A stretch of DNA of 64,000 nt, taken from Candidatus Multivorans sp. (lineage in GTDB: Bacteria; Acidobacteriota; Thermoanaerobaculia; Multivoradales; Multivoraceae). Positions 10,115 to 19,801 of this stretch are shown piece after piece. The position numbers and the translations under genes were made by a program. Below the pieces are notes generated by a model. It saw only the letters and a program-made list of their open reading frames with translations, had not been told where the DNA came from and made no database searches. Every line of letters starts with the position of its first letter. Positions within the stretch are counted from its first letter, which is position 1. The stretch spans positions 4,160,001-4,224,000 of the forward strand of contig OZ245033.1 of assembly GCA_965224025.1 (NCBI GenBank), given 5' to 3'.

Positions 10115-10521
10115 CTGCAGGCGTCAGAGCTCAGCCCGGGACCAAAGCAGGAGACATACTTCTGCCCGTCCCCGTGGACGCCCGCAGTAGCTGACAGCGT
10201 ACCCTTGCAGGTAATGGGCGGCTTACCGGGGCCACACATGGCATACGCACGGAATACCGTGCCGCCCACATCGAATCCTCGGCTGGACCCATAGTCCGTT
10301 CCAGTACAGGAACCTCTGGAAGAACAGGTGTCATTCCCGTCCCCCATGAACCTATCGTAGCCCGTGAAGCACTAATACTCGTCGGTATCGGCCTCCTTCT
10401 TCGTCTGCGTGCACGAAGCAACCTCACTTCCACCTCCCCCACAGCCCGCGCACACGGCCAACACCAAGGCCAAGACGCCAACCCTACACATCCACTCGGC
10501 CTCCCGGTTCAAGCAACTCAT
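10111..10521 (-). pseudogene. Cys-rich lipoprotein interrupted by an in-frame TAG (10372-10374)
   Basis: GGAGG then ATG 10521. MSCLNREAEWMCRVGVLALVLAVCAGC (lipobox)...DEY*CFTGYDRFMGDG continues in frame into ORF 10111..10347. The terminal TGA overlaps the next gene's GTG. Confidence 0.65.
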
Positions 10522-10800
10522 GCGTCCTCCCCTCTACGCTGGCCACCGCGGGTCAGTCCGCAACAGCGGTCGTGGCAAGATCAACTTGCCTGTCAGCATA
10601 CGTCATGCTCATATCCCCTGTCCTCTGGTTGCGTTGAAACAGACGCCGCTGGACCGAGACGTGGCAGCCCCCGGCGCACTCCGACGTTCGGAGCGCCCGG
10701 CTGCGGTACGCTCTCGCTCTTTCGACAATCGAAGACCAGCCTCGAAGCGCCGCACACGGTCGGCGCCACGGCGAACACCAACAAGCACCCGGAGAGCACC

Positions 10801-11628
10801 ATGACCGAGATAGCCGCCCGCCCCCGCGTCACCGTCGAGATCGCAAACGGCGTCGCCGATGTCCGTCTCGACCGGCCCGACAAGCTGAATGCGCTGGACG
10901 GCGCGATGTTCGACGCGTTGGGCACGACCGGCCGCGAGCTGGCCGCCGACACGTCCGTGCGCGCCGTCGTTCTCTCCGGCAACGGTCGCGCCTTCTGCGC
11001 CGGCCTCGACTTCGGCAGCTTCCAGGCCATGAAGAGCCGTGCGGGCAGCAACTCGCTGGCCGATCAACTCCTGACACGAACGGACGACAACCCGGCCAAC
11101 CGCGGCCAGACCGCGGCCTGGGTCTGGCACGCGATGCCGGTACCGGTGATCGCCGCAGTCCATGGCGTGGCCTACGGCGGCGGCCTCCAGATCGCCCTCG
11201 GCGCCGACCTGCGGGTCGTCCACCCGGAGGCGAGACTCTCCGTGCGCGAAATCGTCTGGGGCCTCGTTCCCGACATGGCCGGCCCCCAGTTGTTGCGGCA
11301 CCTCGTGCGCGCCGACATCGCCAAGGAGCTCACCTTCACCGCTCGTGTGATCAGCGGCGTCGAGGCCGCGGAACTCGGTCTGGCCACGCGCCTCTCGGAG
11401 CAGCCGCTCGACGACGCCCTCGCCCTCGCGCGGGAGATGGCCAGCCGCTCGCCGCACGCAATCCGCGCTGCCAAGGAGTTGCTCGATGTGGCCCGGACCG
11501 CCAGCGTGCGCGACGGGCTCAAGACCGAGCACCGTCTGCAGGCGGGACTGATGGGTTCCCCGAATCAGGTCGAAGCGGTCACGGCGAACCTGCAGAAGCG
11601 GGCGCCCGATTTCGCCGACGTCGACTGA
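10801..11628 (+). CDS. Enoyl-CoA hydratase/isomerase (crotonase) family protein
   Basis: RPDKLNA, AFCAGLD, GGGLQIALGADLR and WGLVPDM motifs. Confidence 0.92.
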   Translation: MTEIAARPRVTVEIANGVADVRLDRPDKLNALDGAMFDALGTTGRELAADTSVRAVVLSGNGRAFCAGLDFGSFQAMKSRAGSNSLADQLLTRTDDNPANRGQTAAWVWHAMPVPVIAAVHGVAYGGGLQIALGADLRVVHPEARLSVREIVWGLVPDMAGPQLLRHLVRADIAKELTFTARVISGVEAAELGLATRLSEQPLDDALALAREMASRSPHAIRAAKELLDVARTASVRDGLKTEHRLQAGLMGSPNQVEAVTANLQKRAPDFADVD

Positions 11629-11640
11629 CGCCGCCCCGCG

Positions 11641-11740
11641 CCGGATGCGGGCGAGACGCCCGCGTGCCATCCGTGCGCCCGATGACGGGCGCACGGAGTG
11701 GTTCGCGTGTGGCGCGGAGCGCGCCACACGGGTTCCCAGG
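11641..11740 (-). repeat. Long REP-like repeat copy (three hairpins)
   Basis: Reverse complement of 59748-59847 and similar to 34164-34264. Lies between convergent genes. Confidence 0.85.
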
Positions 11741-11745
11741 ACTCT

Positions 11746-13947
11746 CTACTCCAGGTGCCAGCCGTGGTCGGGCTGGAGCAGGGCCCGCTGCGAGTCGAAC
11801 GGCGCACTCCGATCGTCGGGCTCGACCCGCGTGTAGCTGCCGTCCGATTCCAGACGGCGGCAGCTCGCCGTATCGACCAGGTGCGGCGCCAGGATGTCGC
11901 GCAACGCGGCCCGGCGCAGATCCTGATCGAGAATCGGACACAGCAGCTCGACGCGGCCGTTCAGGTTGCGCGGCATGATGTCCGCGCTGCCGGTGAACAG
12001 TTCTTCGTCGCCGCCGTTCCGGAAGTAGTAGAGACGCGAGTGTTCCAGGAACCGGCCGACGATCGAGGTCACCGAGATGTTCTCGGACAGGCCCGGGACG
12101 CCGGGTCGCAAACAGCAGATTCCCCGCACCTGGAGGAGGACCTCAACGCCCGCCTGGGACGCGAGGTAAAGCGCGTCGATGCACTCCCGGTCGACCAGTG
12201 AGTTCATCTTGAAGATCAGGCGGCCGCCGCCATGCCGCCGATGGCCCTCGATCTCCCGATCGATCCGCCGGATTAGTTCGCGGCGCATCTGCACGGGCGC
12301 GACCAGCAGCTTGCTGTAGCTCTCCTCGCGGGCATAGCCGGTGATCGAGTTGAACAGCTTGGCCACGTCCGAAGTGATTTCGTCGTCGTCGGTCAGGAGA
12401 CCGATGTCGGTGTAGATGCGCGCCGTGACCGGGTTGTAGTTACCGGTCGCCAGGTGGACGTACGAATGCAGCGTGCCTGCTTCGCGGCGGACGACGAGAC
12501 ACATCTTGGCGTGCGTCTTGAGCCCGAACACGCCGTAGACGACATGAACGCCAGCGGCTTCGAGCGCCCGGGCCCAACCGATGTTGTACTCCTCGTCGAA
12601 ACGGGCCTTCAGCTCGACCAGAACCGAGACCTGCTTCCCTTTCTCGCGCGCTTCCATCAAGGCCTCGACCACCGGTGAGTTGGCGCCCACCCGGTAGAGC
12701 GTCTGCTTGATCGCAATCACGTCCGGATCGGCGACCGCCTCGCGCAGCAGCCGCACCACCGGCGAGAAGCTGTCGTACGGGTGGTACAGCAGATGGTCGC
12801 GGCGCCGGATCGCGTGAAACAGGGATTCATCCCCCCGTAGCGCGGCGTGGCGAACCGGCCGGATGGCGCCGTCGCGCAGTTCCGGACGGTCCAGGAAGGC
12901 GACCTCGCTCAGGTCCGCCAGACCCAACGGCGAGGGCAGGGTATCGACCTGGAACGGGGCCAGCCCCATGTTCCGCTCCAGGATCGCCCGGATCTTCTTG
13001 GGCGTGTCCTCCCGCACTTCGAGCCGCACCACCGAGCCGAAGTGCCGCTGGCCGACGACCTCCACGATCGCGGTCAACAGATCGTCCGCCTCGTCGTCCT
13101 CGATCTCCAGGTCGGCATCGCGCGTGACGCGGAACGTGTAGGCGGCAACAACCTCGAAGCCAGGGAACAGCAGGTCGAGATTGGCGGCGATCAACTCCTC
13201 GATCCACACGAACTTCCCGCGCGCCGACTTGTCCAGCCCGAGTTCGTCCCGGCCGCCCCCCGGCGCGCGCACCAGACGCGGCAGCACCTGGGGCACCTTG
13301 ACGCGGGCGAAGCGCTGTCCCTGGCTCCCGTCGTCGATCACTACGGCCAGGTTCAGGCTCAGGTTCGAGACGTGGGGGAATGGATGGCTGGGGTCGAATG
13401 CGAGCGGCGTCAGGACCGGGAAGATCTCGCGTTCGAAGTAGGCGCGCAGCTTGCGCTTTTTCTTGGCCGAGAGGTCGTCGTAGGAGACGATCTCTATGCC
13501 TTCGTCCCTGAGCTTGGGCAGCAGATCGTCGTGCCAGCAGCCGTAGACGAGCTGGCGCTCGCGCTTCAGGTGGGACCGGGTGCCGGCCAACTGCTCCGAC
13601 GGCGTCATTCCGTCCGGCGGCGCCTCCAGGGCCCCGCGCTCCAACTGCCGGCACAGCCCCGAGATCCGCACCATGAAGAACTCGTCCAGGTTGCTGCCGT
13701 AGATCGACAGGAACTTCACCCGCTCCAGCAGCGGGTGGCGAGGATCGCGCGCTTCCTCCAGGACCCGGCTGTTGAACTGTAGCCAGCTCAACTCCCGGTT
13801 GATGTAGTGCTCGGGCAGCCCCGGCGCGATCGCCGCGGGCCGCGCTTCGGTCACCGTCTCGGGTTCCATCTCGCAAGCCGGCGCCGGAACCGGCGCAAGG
13901 GACGGCTCGATCAGATTCTCAGCGGCTGCGGACTCTGGGCTCGCCAC
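11746..13947 (-). CDS. ppk1: Polyphosphate kinase 1
   Basis: NRELSWLQFN, HPFP, YHPYDSF, ELKARFDE, KTHAK and RFLEHSR motifs. Start is uncertain (GTG 13947 or ATG 13869). Confidence 0.96.
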   Translation of the reverse strand: MASPESAAAENLIEPSLAPVPAPACEMEPETVTEARPAAIAPGLPEHYINRELSWLQFNSRVLEEARDPRHPLLERVKFLSIYGSNLDEFFMVRISGLCRQLERGALEAPPDGMTPSEQLAGTRSHLKRERQLVYGCWHDDLLPKLRDEGIEIVSYDDLSAKKKRKLRAYFEREIFPVLTPLAFDPSHPFPHVSNLSLNLAVVIDDGSQGQRFARVKVPQVLPRLVRAPGGGRDELGLDKSARGKFVWIEELIAANLDLLFPGFEVVAAYTFRVTRDADLEIEDDEADDLLTAIVEVVGQRHFGSVVRLEVREDTPKKIRAILERNMGLAPFQVDTLPSPLGLADLSEVAFLDRPELRDGAIRPVRHAALRGDESLFHAIRRRDHLLYHPYDSFSPVVRLLREAVADPDVIAIKQTLYRVGANSPVVEALMEAREKGKQVSVLVELKARFDEEYNIGWARALEAAGVHVVYGVFGLKTHAKMCLVVRREAGTLHSYVHLATGNYNPVTARIYTDIGLLTDDDEITSDVAKLFNSITGYAREESYSKLLVAPVQMRRELIRRIDREIEGHRRHGGGRLIFKMNSLVDRECIDALYLASQAGVEVLLQVRGICCLRPGVPGLSENISVTSIVGRFLEHSRLYYFRNGGDEELFTGSADIMPRNLNGRVELLCPILDQDLRRAALRDILAPHLVDTASCRRLESDGSYTRVEPDDRSAPFDSQRALLQPDHGWHLE

Positions 13948-14015
13948 GGTAACCGCTGATTCTACACCGCTTCCGGCTCCCGCGCAGCAGCCGAACGGTC
14001 TGCGGAACTCTAGGT

Positions 14016-15953
14016 CTAGGAGGCTGCGCGCCGCCGGACAACGACGAAGGTCACGTCGTCGGCCGGAACTCCACCGGGGGAGAGTTGCTCTACCCAGCGC
14101 TCGAACTCCGCGACCGCCTCCGCCGCGGGGAGCTGACCCACTTCGCACCAGCGGTCGGCAACAGCCGGGTAACTTACGGGCTCGCCGCTTGCATCCAGCA
14201 TCTCGGGCAAGCCGTCGCTCATCAGGAGCGCCGCGTCACCCGGATCGAGCCGGACCTCGTGGCCTTCGTACGAGGCATGGGCCATGGTGCCGAGCGGCAC
14301 GCCGGAACTCATGACCTCCTCGACCTCGCCGGATGGACAACGACTGACGAGCACCGGCGGCATGCCGGCAGAGGCGAGGTCGAGCACACCCTCGTGATAC
14401 CGCGCCAGGACCAACGCCATCGCCCGCCGGCCCAGGTTCATCGACCGGATGGCCGCCGTCGCATGGGAGAGGAAGGCCGCCAGGTCGAGGCCCAGGTCCG
14501 CGGACGCCAGCAGTGACTTGACCACCGTGACCATGGTGCCGGCGCGGGCGCCGTGCCCGGTGGCGTCGCCGACCGCGACGATCAGGGAACCGTCGTGCCG
14601 GGGCCTGAAGTCGTAGTAGTCGCCTCCAACTTCCGAGGCAGTGCGCAGGAACACGGCGATCTCGAGGTCGGGGTGCTCCGGCAGCGCCGCGGGCAGCAAC
14701 GAGAGCTGGAATCGCCGCGCCTCCTCCAACTCCACCGTCTGCCGCTCGTTTTCCGCCTCGAGCAGCCGGCGGTCGACCTCCTGCTGACGGCGGAGCCTTT
14801 CCTGCTCCAGCAACTGCCGCCGGTTCTTCTCCTGGTCGCGGGCCATGCGATTGAACGCCTCGCCCAGCTTGCCCACCTCGTCGCGCCCGCCCAGCCGCGC
14901 CCGGGCCGCGCCGTCGCCCTTGGCCAAACGGTCGACCTGTCTGGTCAGGTGACTGAGCCTGCGAGTGAGGCGATTGGCCAGCGGGGCGGCCGCGAACAAG
15001 GACAGGCTCATCAAGCCGACACCGACGCCGAAGTTCCGCAGCGAGGCGCTGCGCATCTCGGCCAGAGACGGGCCGATCGGACGGACGATGCCGTATACGA
15101 GGTCACCTTCAGACGCGGCCTGGGTCACCACCACCCAATCGCTCATGCGCCGCCACAGGTCCTCATCTCCGGCGACGAGAGCCTCGGGAAGGGGCTGCCC
15201 ATTCGGACAGCGCACGTCATTGAGCAGTTCCAGATCCTTCGGCTCGGAGGTGTAGATCTTGCCTTCCGCGTCGATCGCGAACGGCACCGCGCCGCCCGTC
15301 CGAGGAATCCGGCTCAGTACATTGCGCATCAACCTCTCGGGCCGGATGCCGGCGTGCAGCTCGCCGAGCAAGCTACCGTCCCGGCGAACGGGAGTCGAAA
15401 CCGGGCCGCCGAAGATCCGGGCCATACGATCCTGCGCCCTGCGAACCCATTCCGGGTCCTCCGGCCGGATGTCAGGCGCCCCGTCTCCCTCCGTCGTTTC
15501 CGACTGCTCCGGGCGGCCGAACCGCGACCACAGGAAGCGCCGGCCTGCCCTCCCCAGCCGCCCCGGGGCGCCGGGAGCGTCGCCGTCGAGCGCCTCGCCC
15601 GGAGGAACGGCTCTTCCGGGCCCAGGCGCGCCGGCGGGCACGAACTCGAGTACTTCGACGAAGTTCGCGCCATCGCCCTGGCTGCTCCAGAGAAACTCGG
15701 AGAGCGCCTCCGGGTCGGCGTACTGGGGGTCGTCGAAGGGCAGCGTCGTGCCGAGCCGCCCAACGTACCTCTGCAGATCCTCGCGGGTGCGCAGCAACCC
15801 AATCGAGATCTGCCTCGCGACTTCCACCGACTCGGCGCGCACCGCGGAACGGAACGCATTGGCCGACGAGAAGTACGAATAGCCGACGATGCCTGCCAGG
15901 GGCAGAACCGCCAGGACCAGGAAGGCAAGGATCAGTTGGCTACGCAGCTTCAT
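14016..15953 (-). CDS. Membrane sensor with HAMP and PP2C/SpoIIE (RsbU-like) phosphatase domains
   Basis: Two TM segments, HAMP (DEVGKLGEAFNRM), then VGGDYY, GDATGHG, SDG and DD motifs. Confidence 0.9.
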   Translation of the reverse strand: MKLRSQLILAFLVLAVLPLAGIVGYSYFSSANAFRSAVRAESVEVARQISIGLLRTREDLQRYVGRLGTTLPFDDPQYADPEALSEFLWSSQGDGANFVEVLEFVPAGAPGPGRAVPPGEALDGDAPGAPGRLGRAGRRFLWSRFGRPEQSETTEGDGAPDIRPEDPEWVRRAQDRMARIFGGPVSTPVRRDGSLLGELHAGIRPERLMRNVLSRIPRTGGAVPFAIDAEGKIYTSEPKDLELLNDVRCPNGQPLPEALVAGDEDLWRRMSDWVVVTQAASEGDLVYGIVRPIGPSLAEMRSASLRNFGVGVGLMSLSLFAAAPLANRLTRRLSHLTRQVDRLAKGDGAARARLGGRDEVGKLGEAFNRMARDQEKNRRQLLEQERLRRQQEVDRRLLEAENERQTVELEEARRFQLSLLPAALPEHPDLEIAVFLRTASEVGGDYYDFRPRHDGSLIVAVGDATGHGARAGTMVTVVKSLLASADLGLDLAAFLSHATAAIRSMNLGRRAMALVLARYHEGVLDLASAGMPPVLVSRCPSGEVEEVMSSGVPLGTMAHASYEGHEVRLDPGDAALLMSDGLPEMLDASGEPVSYPAVADRWCEVGQLPAAEAVAEFERWVEQLSPGGVPADDVTFVVVRRRAAS

Positions 15954-15961
15954 CGCAAGTA

Positions 15962-16831
15962 CTAACCGGAGTCGGGCTCCTGAGCTTCCCGGTCCGCCCC
16001 AGCCCCAAGGGTCGGCTGCCGCACCAACCCGCCATCCTTGCGCCGACCGACCAGCGAGCTGACCACACCGTGAAGCGCTCGCACCTCGTGCTCCCTGAGC
16101 TCCGCACGGTGCAGGATACTCCGCAGGTTGCGGACCATGATGCCGCGCTTCTCCGCCACGCGCAGGAACCCGGAGGCGTCGAGCTCCTGCTCCAGGTGCT
16201 CGAAGAAGTTGACGAGTTGCGCCGCGGTGGCGAGGGGCGTCGTCGACTTCGGGCCAGCGGAGGCCACCGAGCCGCCTGCCTCGGCCTCGAACCAAGCGTA
16301 GGCTACCAGCAGCACCGCCTGCGCCAGGTTGAGCGACGAGTACCCCGGATTGAGGGGAATGTGAACGATGTGCGACGCAAGGGCGACGTCGTCGTTGCCG
16401 AGGCCGGCCCGTTCAGGCCCGAACAGCACGCCCGAGCGAAGCTCCTGCGCGGCGCAATCCCTGATCTCCGCCGCCAGATCGCCCGGTCCCATTGCCGGCT
16501 TGAGCAGGTCGCGACGGCGCGCGGTCGTGGCGTAGACCCGGTGCAGATCGGCGACGGCCTCGGCCGTGGTCTCGAACACCGCTGCCCGGTCGACGATCTC
16601 ACGGGAAGCCCCGGTCGCCATCGCCCGCGCCCGCTCGTTGGGCCAGACGTCGCGCGGCGCCACCAGGCGCAGCTCGACGAGTCCGCAGTTCAGCATCGCG
16701 CGGGCCGCCGCCCCGATGTTCTCGCCCAACTGCGGGCCCACCAGGACGATCACCGGTTGCAGGGAGGCCCTCGGCGCGTCGTCCCGCGCGTCAGCCGCCC
16801 TGGCTGCTGCATCTGATCCTTGACTAGCCAT
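15962..16831 (-). CDS. trmJ: tRNA 2'-O-methyltransferase, TrmJ/LasT SPOUT family
   Basis: PQLGENIGAAARAM, FGPERAGL and SSLNLAQAV motifs. Confidence 0.9.
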   Translation of the reverse strand: MASQGSDAAARAADARDDAPRASLQPVIVLVGPQLGENIGAAARAMLNCGLVELRLVAPRDVWPNERARAMATGASREIVDRAAVFETTAEAVADLHRVYATTARRRDLLKPAMGPGDLAAEIRDCAAQELRSGVLFGPERAGLGNDDVALASHIVHIPLNPGYSSLNLAQAVLLVAYAWFEAEAGGSVASAGPKSTTPLATAAQLVNFFEHLEQELDASGFLRVAEKRGIMVRNLRSILHRAELREHEVRALHGVVSSLVGRRKDGGLVRQPTLGAGADREAQEPDSG

Positions 16832-16877
16832 TCTTCTCCGTAGCGTTGCGCGCGCGCAGAGTAGCTAGGCTACACAG

Positions 16878-19109
16878 GTGACTCCGGCGAACCTGGGGGA
16901 TCGCCTGCCCGAGACCCCGGGGACGATCTCTTCCGACGACATCATGACCCGCTTCCTCGACTGGGTCGCCGGGCTCGGCTTCGAGCTCTTTCCACCGCAG
17001 GAAGAGGCGCTGATCGAGCTGATGGCCGGGCGCCATGTGGTCCTCGACACGCCGACCGGTTCCGGCAAGTCCCTGGTCGCGATGGCCCTTCTGTTCAAGG
17101 GCCTCTGCGAAGGCCGGACCGGCTACTACACGGCGCCGGTCAAGGCACTCGCCTCGGAACAGTTCTTCCGCATGTGCGACGACTTCGGCGCCGAGCGCGT
17201 CGGCATGCTGACCGGCGACGCGAGCATCAACCCGGAGGCGCCGATCGTCTGCTGCACCGCCGAGGTGCTCGCGAACATGGCGCTCCGGCAGGGCGCGGCG
17301 CTGCCGGTCGACTACGTGGTCATGGACGAGTTCCACTACTACTCGGATCGGGAGCGCGGCGTCTCGTGGCAGGTGCCCCTGATCACCCTCCCCGGCACGA
17401 CCTTCCTGTTGATGTCGGCGACGCTGGGCAACATGGCAAGGGTAAGCGAGGCCCTCGAACGGGCCACCAGGCGGCCGGTCGCGCTCATCAGCAGCCGGAT
17501 CCGCCCGGTGCCGCTTGAGTACGAGTACCGCGAGACACCGATGGGTACGACGATCGACGAACTCGTCGCCGGCGGCAGGGCGCCGATCTATGTCGTCAAC
17601 TTCACCCAGCGCGACTGCGCCAGGCTGGCGCAGAGCCTGACCAGCCTGAGACTCTGCACCCGCGACGAGAAAAAGGCGATCTTCGAGGCCGTAGGAGACT
17701 TCCGTTTCGACACCGCCTACGGCAAACAGGTGCGCCGCTTCCTCAGCTTCGGAACCGGCATTCACCATGCCGGGCTGTTGCCGAAGTACCGCCTGCTGGT
17801 CGAAAAGCTGGCGCAACTCGGGCTGCTCAAGGTCATCGCCGGCACGGACACTCTCGGCGTCGGCGTCAACGTGCCCATACGCACCGTGCTCTTCAGCCAA
17901 CTCAGCAAGTACGACGGCCAGGACGTGGCCATTCTCAAGGTGCGGGACTTCCAGCAGATCGCCGGGCGGGCCGGCCGCAAGGGTTTCGACGAGCAGGGCT
18001 GGGTTGTCTGCCAGGCGCCGGAACACGAAATCGACAATCAGCGCCGCCGGATGAAAGCCCAGGCCTCGCCTCGCGGCAGGCGCCGTAGGCAGTATCGCAA
18101 GCGGCCTCCGCCCCGGGGTTTCGTGCCCTGGGACGAGCGGACGTTCCAGCGCCTGATCCACAGTCCACCGGAGACGCTCGAATCCCGATTCCGGCTCAGT
18201 CACGGCATGGTGTTCGACCTGATCCAGGCCGACGAAGCGACCGCGAACGGCAGCCCGCACCAGAACTTCACCTCGATCCGGCGGTTGATCGCCGCGTGCC
18301 ATGAGAAACCGGCCAGAAAGAAGCGTCTGATCGGCCAATCGGCGGAACTGATCCGGTCGCTCCACCGTGGCGGCATCGTGCGCATGGCGCCCTCGCGCGG
18401 CAACGGCTACCGGGTCGAGGCGGACCGGGACCTGCAGTTCGAGTTTTCGATGCACCAGAACCTGTCGCTCTACCTCGTCGCGACCCTGGAACTGCTCGAT
18501 CGGGAGGATCCCGACTACGGCCTGGACCTGCTCAGCCTGGTCGAGGCGATCCTGGAGAACCCCGAGATCGTGCTACGCCAACAGGCCCGCAAGCTGCGCG
18601 ACGAACTGGCCGCCCGGCTCAAGGCCGAGAGGGTGCCGTTCGAAGAGCGGATGGAGCGGCTACGCGAGGTCACCCATCCGAGACCGCTGGCCGATCTCAT
18701 CGAACCGACGTTCGCCGAGTTCCGCCGTTCCCACCCCTGGGTCCTCGGCGACTCGATCCGGCCGAAGCGGGTCGGCCGCGAGATCTTCGAGGACTTGCTG
18801 AGCTTCGACGAGTTCATCGGTCGCTACGGGCTGCAACGCTCCGAGGGTGTCGTTCTCCGGTACCTGAGCCGGTTGTTCAAGGTCCTGAGCCGCGGTGTCC
18901 CGGACCGTTTCAAGACGGAGGCCCTGTTCGACCAGCTCGGCTACTTCCACGCCCTGCTCACCCGGGTCGACCGCAGCCTCCTCGACGAGTGGAAGCGGCT
19001 GTGGTCACTCGAGGAAGCCCGCGGCGGGTTGGCCGCCCCTACCGGCTCCGCTCAACCCCCAGCTTCGGACACCACTCCTCCACCGGACAGCGCGAGCACC
19101 AGGGGCTGA
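16878..19109 (+). CDS. Ski2/HelY-like DEAD/DEAH helicase with DUF3516-type C-terminus
   Basis: TPTGSGKS, DEFH, MSAT, HHAG, GVN and GRAGR motifs. Confidence 0.9.
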   Translation: MTPANLGDRLPETPGTISSDDIMTRFLDWVAGLGFELFPPQEEALIELMAGRHVVLDTPTGSGKSLVAMALLFKGLCEGRTGYYTAPVKALASEQFFRMCDDFGAERVGMLTGDASINPEAPIVCCTAEVLANMALRQGAALPVDYVVMDEFHYYSDRERGVSWQVPLITLPGTTFLLMSATLGNMARVSEALERATRRPVALISSRIRPVPLEYEYRETPMGTTIDELVAGGRAPIYVVNFTQRDCARLAQSLTSLRLCTRDEKKAIFEAVGDFRFDTAYGKQVRRFLSFGTGIHHAGLLPKYRLLVEKLAQLGLLKVIAGTDTLGVGVNVPIRTVLFSQLSKYDGQDVAILKVRDFQQIAGRAGRKGFDEQGWVVCQAPEHEIDNQRRRMKAQASPRGRRRRQYRKRPPPRGFVPWDERTFQRLIHSPPETLESRFRLSHGMVFDLIQADEATANGSPHQNFTSIRRLIAACHEKPARKKRLIGQSAELIRSLHRGGIVRMAPSRGNGYRVEADRDLQFEFSMHQNLSLYLVATLELLDREDPDYGLDLLSLVEAILENPEIVLRQQARKLRDELAARLKAERVPFEERMERLREVTHPRPLADLIEPTFAEFRRSHPWVLGDSIRPKRVGREIFEDLLSFDEFIGRYGLQRSEGVVLRYLSRLFKVLSRGVPDRFKTEALFDQLGYFHALLTRVDRSLLDEWKRLWSLEEARGGLAAPTGSAQPPASDTTPPPDSASTRG

Positions 19110-19716
19110 CCGGCACACAGAGCTTCTGACCGAAACTGACCAACGTCTTGTTCAGACCGATCCACTGACTCCGCGGGAGCTTCGCGCGCAAGGCCGTTTC
19201 GGTCTCCAGAGGATTGCGGGTATCCACGTAGCCCCACAGGTTCGTGATCCGATGAACGTGGGTATCAACGCAGATGCCGGGCCGTCTGAAGCCCTCGGTA
19301 ACGACAAGGTTCGCCGTCTTGCGCCCGACGCCCGGCAGTTCGATCAGCTCCTCCACCGTCCGCGGCACTTCACCGCCGAACCGGTCGAGCAGCACTCCCA
19401 TCGCGCGCCGGAGGTTCTTCGCCTTCGTGCGGTAGAAGCCGACCGGAAAGATGAGACGCTCGAGCCCGGCAGCCGGCAAAGCCGCGATCTGTTCCGGGGT
19501 CGAGGCCGCGTCGAACAGACGCCGGGTCGCGGCGGCGGTCGCCTCGTCCTTGGTGCGCGCGCTCAGGATCGTCGACACGAGCACCTTGAACGGATCCTGC
19601 TCGGTCTCCGCGATCAGCGTCACGATCGGCAACTGGGTGCCGTCGAGGCGCCGCCGGATGCGCCGTAGCATCGCGGCTAGACGGCGGTTCGACGGCGGCG
19701 GCGGCGGAGGGGGCAC
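19039..19716 (-). CDS. nth: Endonuclease III (HhH-GPD, 4Fe-4S)
   Basis: LPGVGRKTA, VDTHV and C-x6-C-x2-C-x5-C motifs. Start is uncertain (GTG 19716 or ATG 19671). Confidence 0.92.
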   Translation of the reverse strand: MPPPPPPPSNRRLAAMLRRIRRRLDGTQLPIVTLIAETEQDPFKVLVSTILSARTKDEATAAATRRLFDAASTPEQIAALPAAGLERLIFPVGFYRTKAKNLRRAMGVLLDRFGGEVPRTVEELIELPGVGRKTANLVVTEGFRRPGICVDTHVHRITNLWGYVDTRNPLETETALRAKLPRSQWIGLNKTLVSFGQKLCVPVSPWCSRCPVEEWCPKLGVERSR

Positions 19717-19743
19717 GGTCGGGCGAGAATAGCGCTGCCACTC

Positions 19744-19800
19744 ACGGCTGTTACCTTGACCAACTGCTGCTACCTGCACCTACTGCTGTTACCTTGAGTT
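19744..19800. repeat. Three tandem 19-bp imperfect repeats in a divergent intergenic region
   Basis: acggctgttaccttgacca / actgctgctacctgcacct / actgctgttaccttgagtt. Confidence 0.75.
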
Positions 19801-19801
19801 G

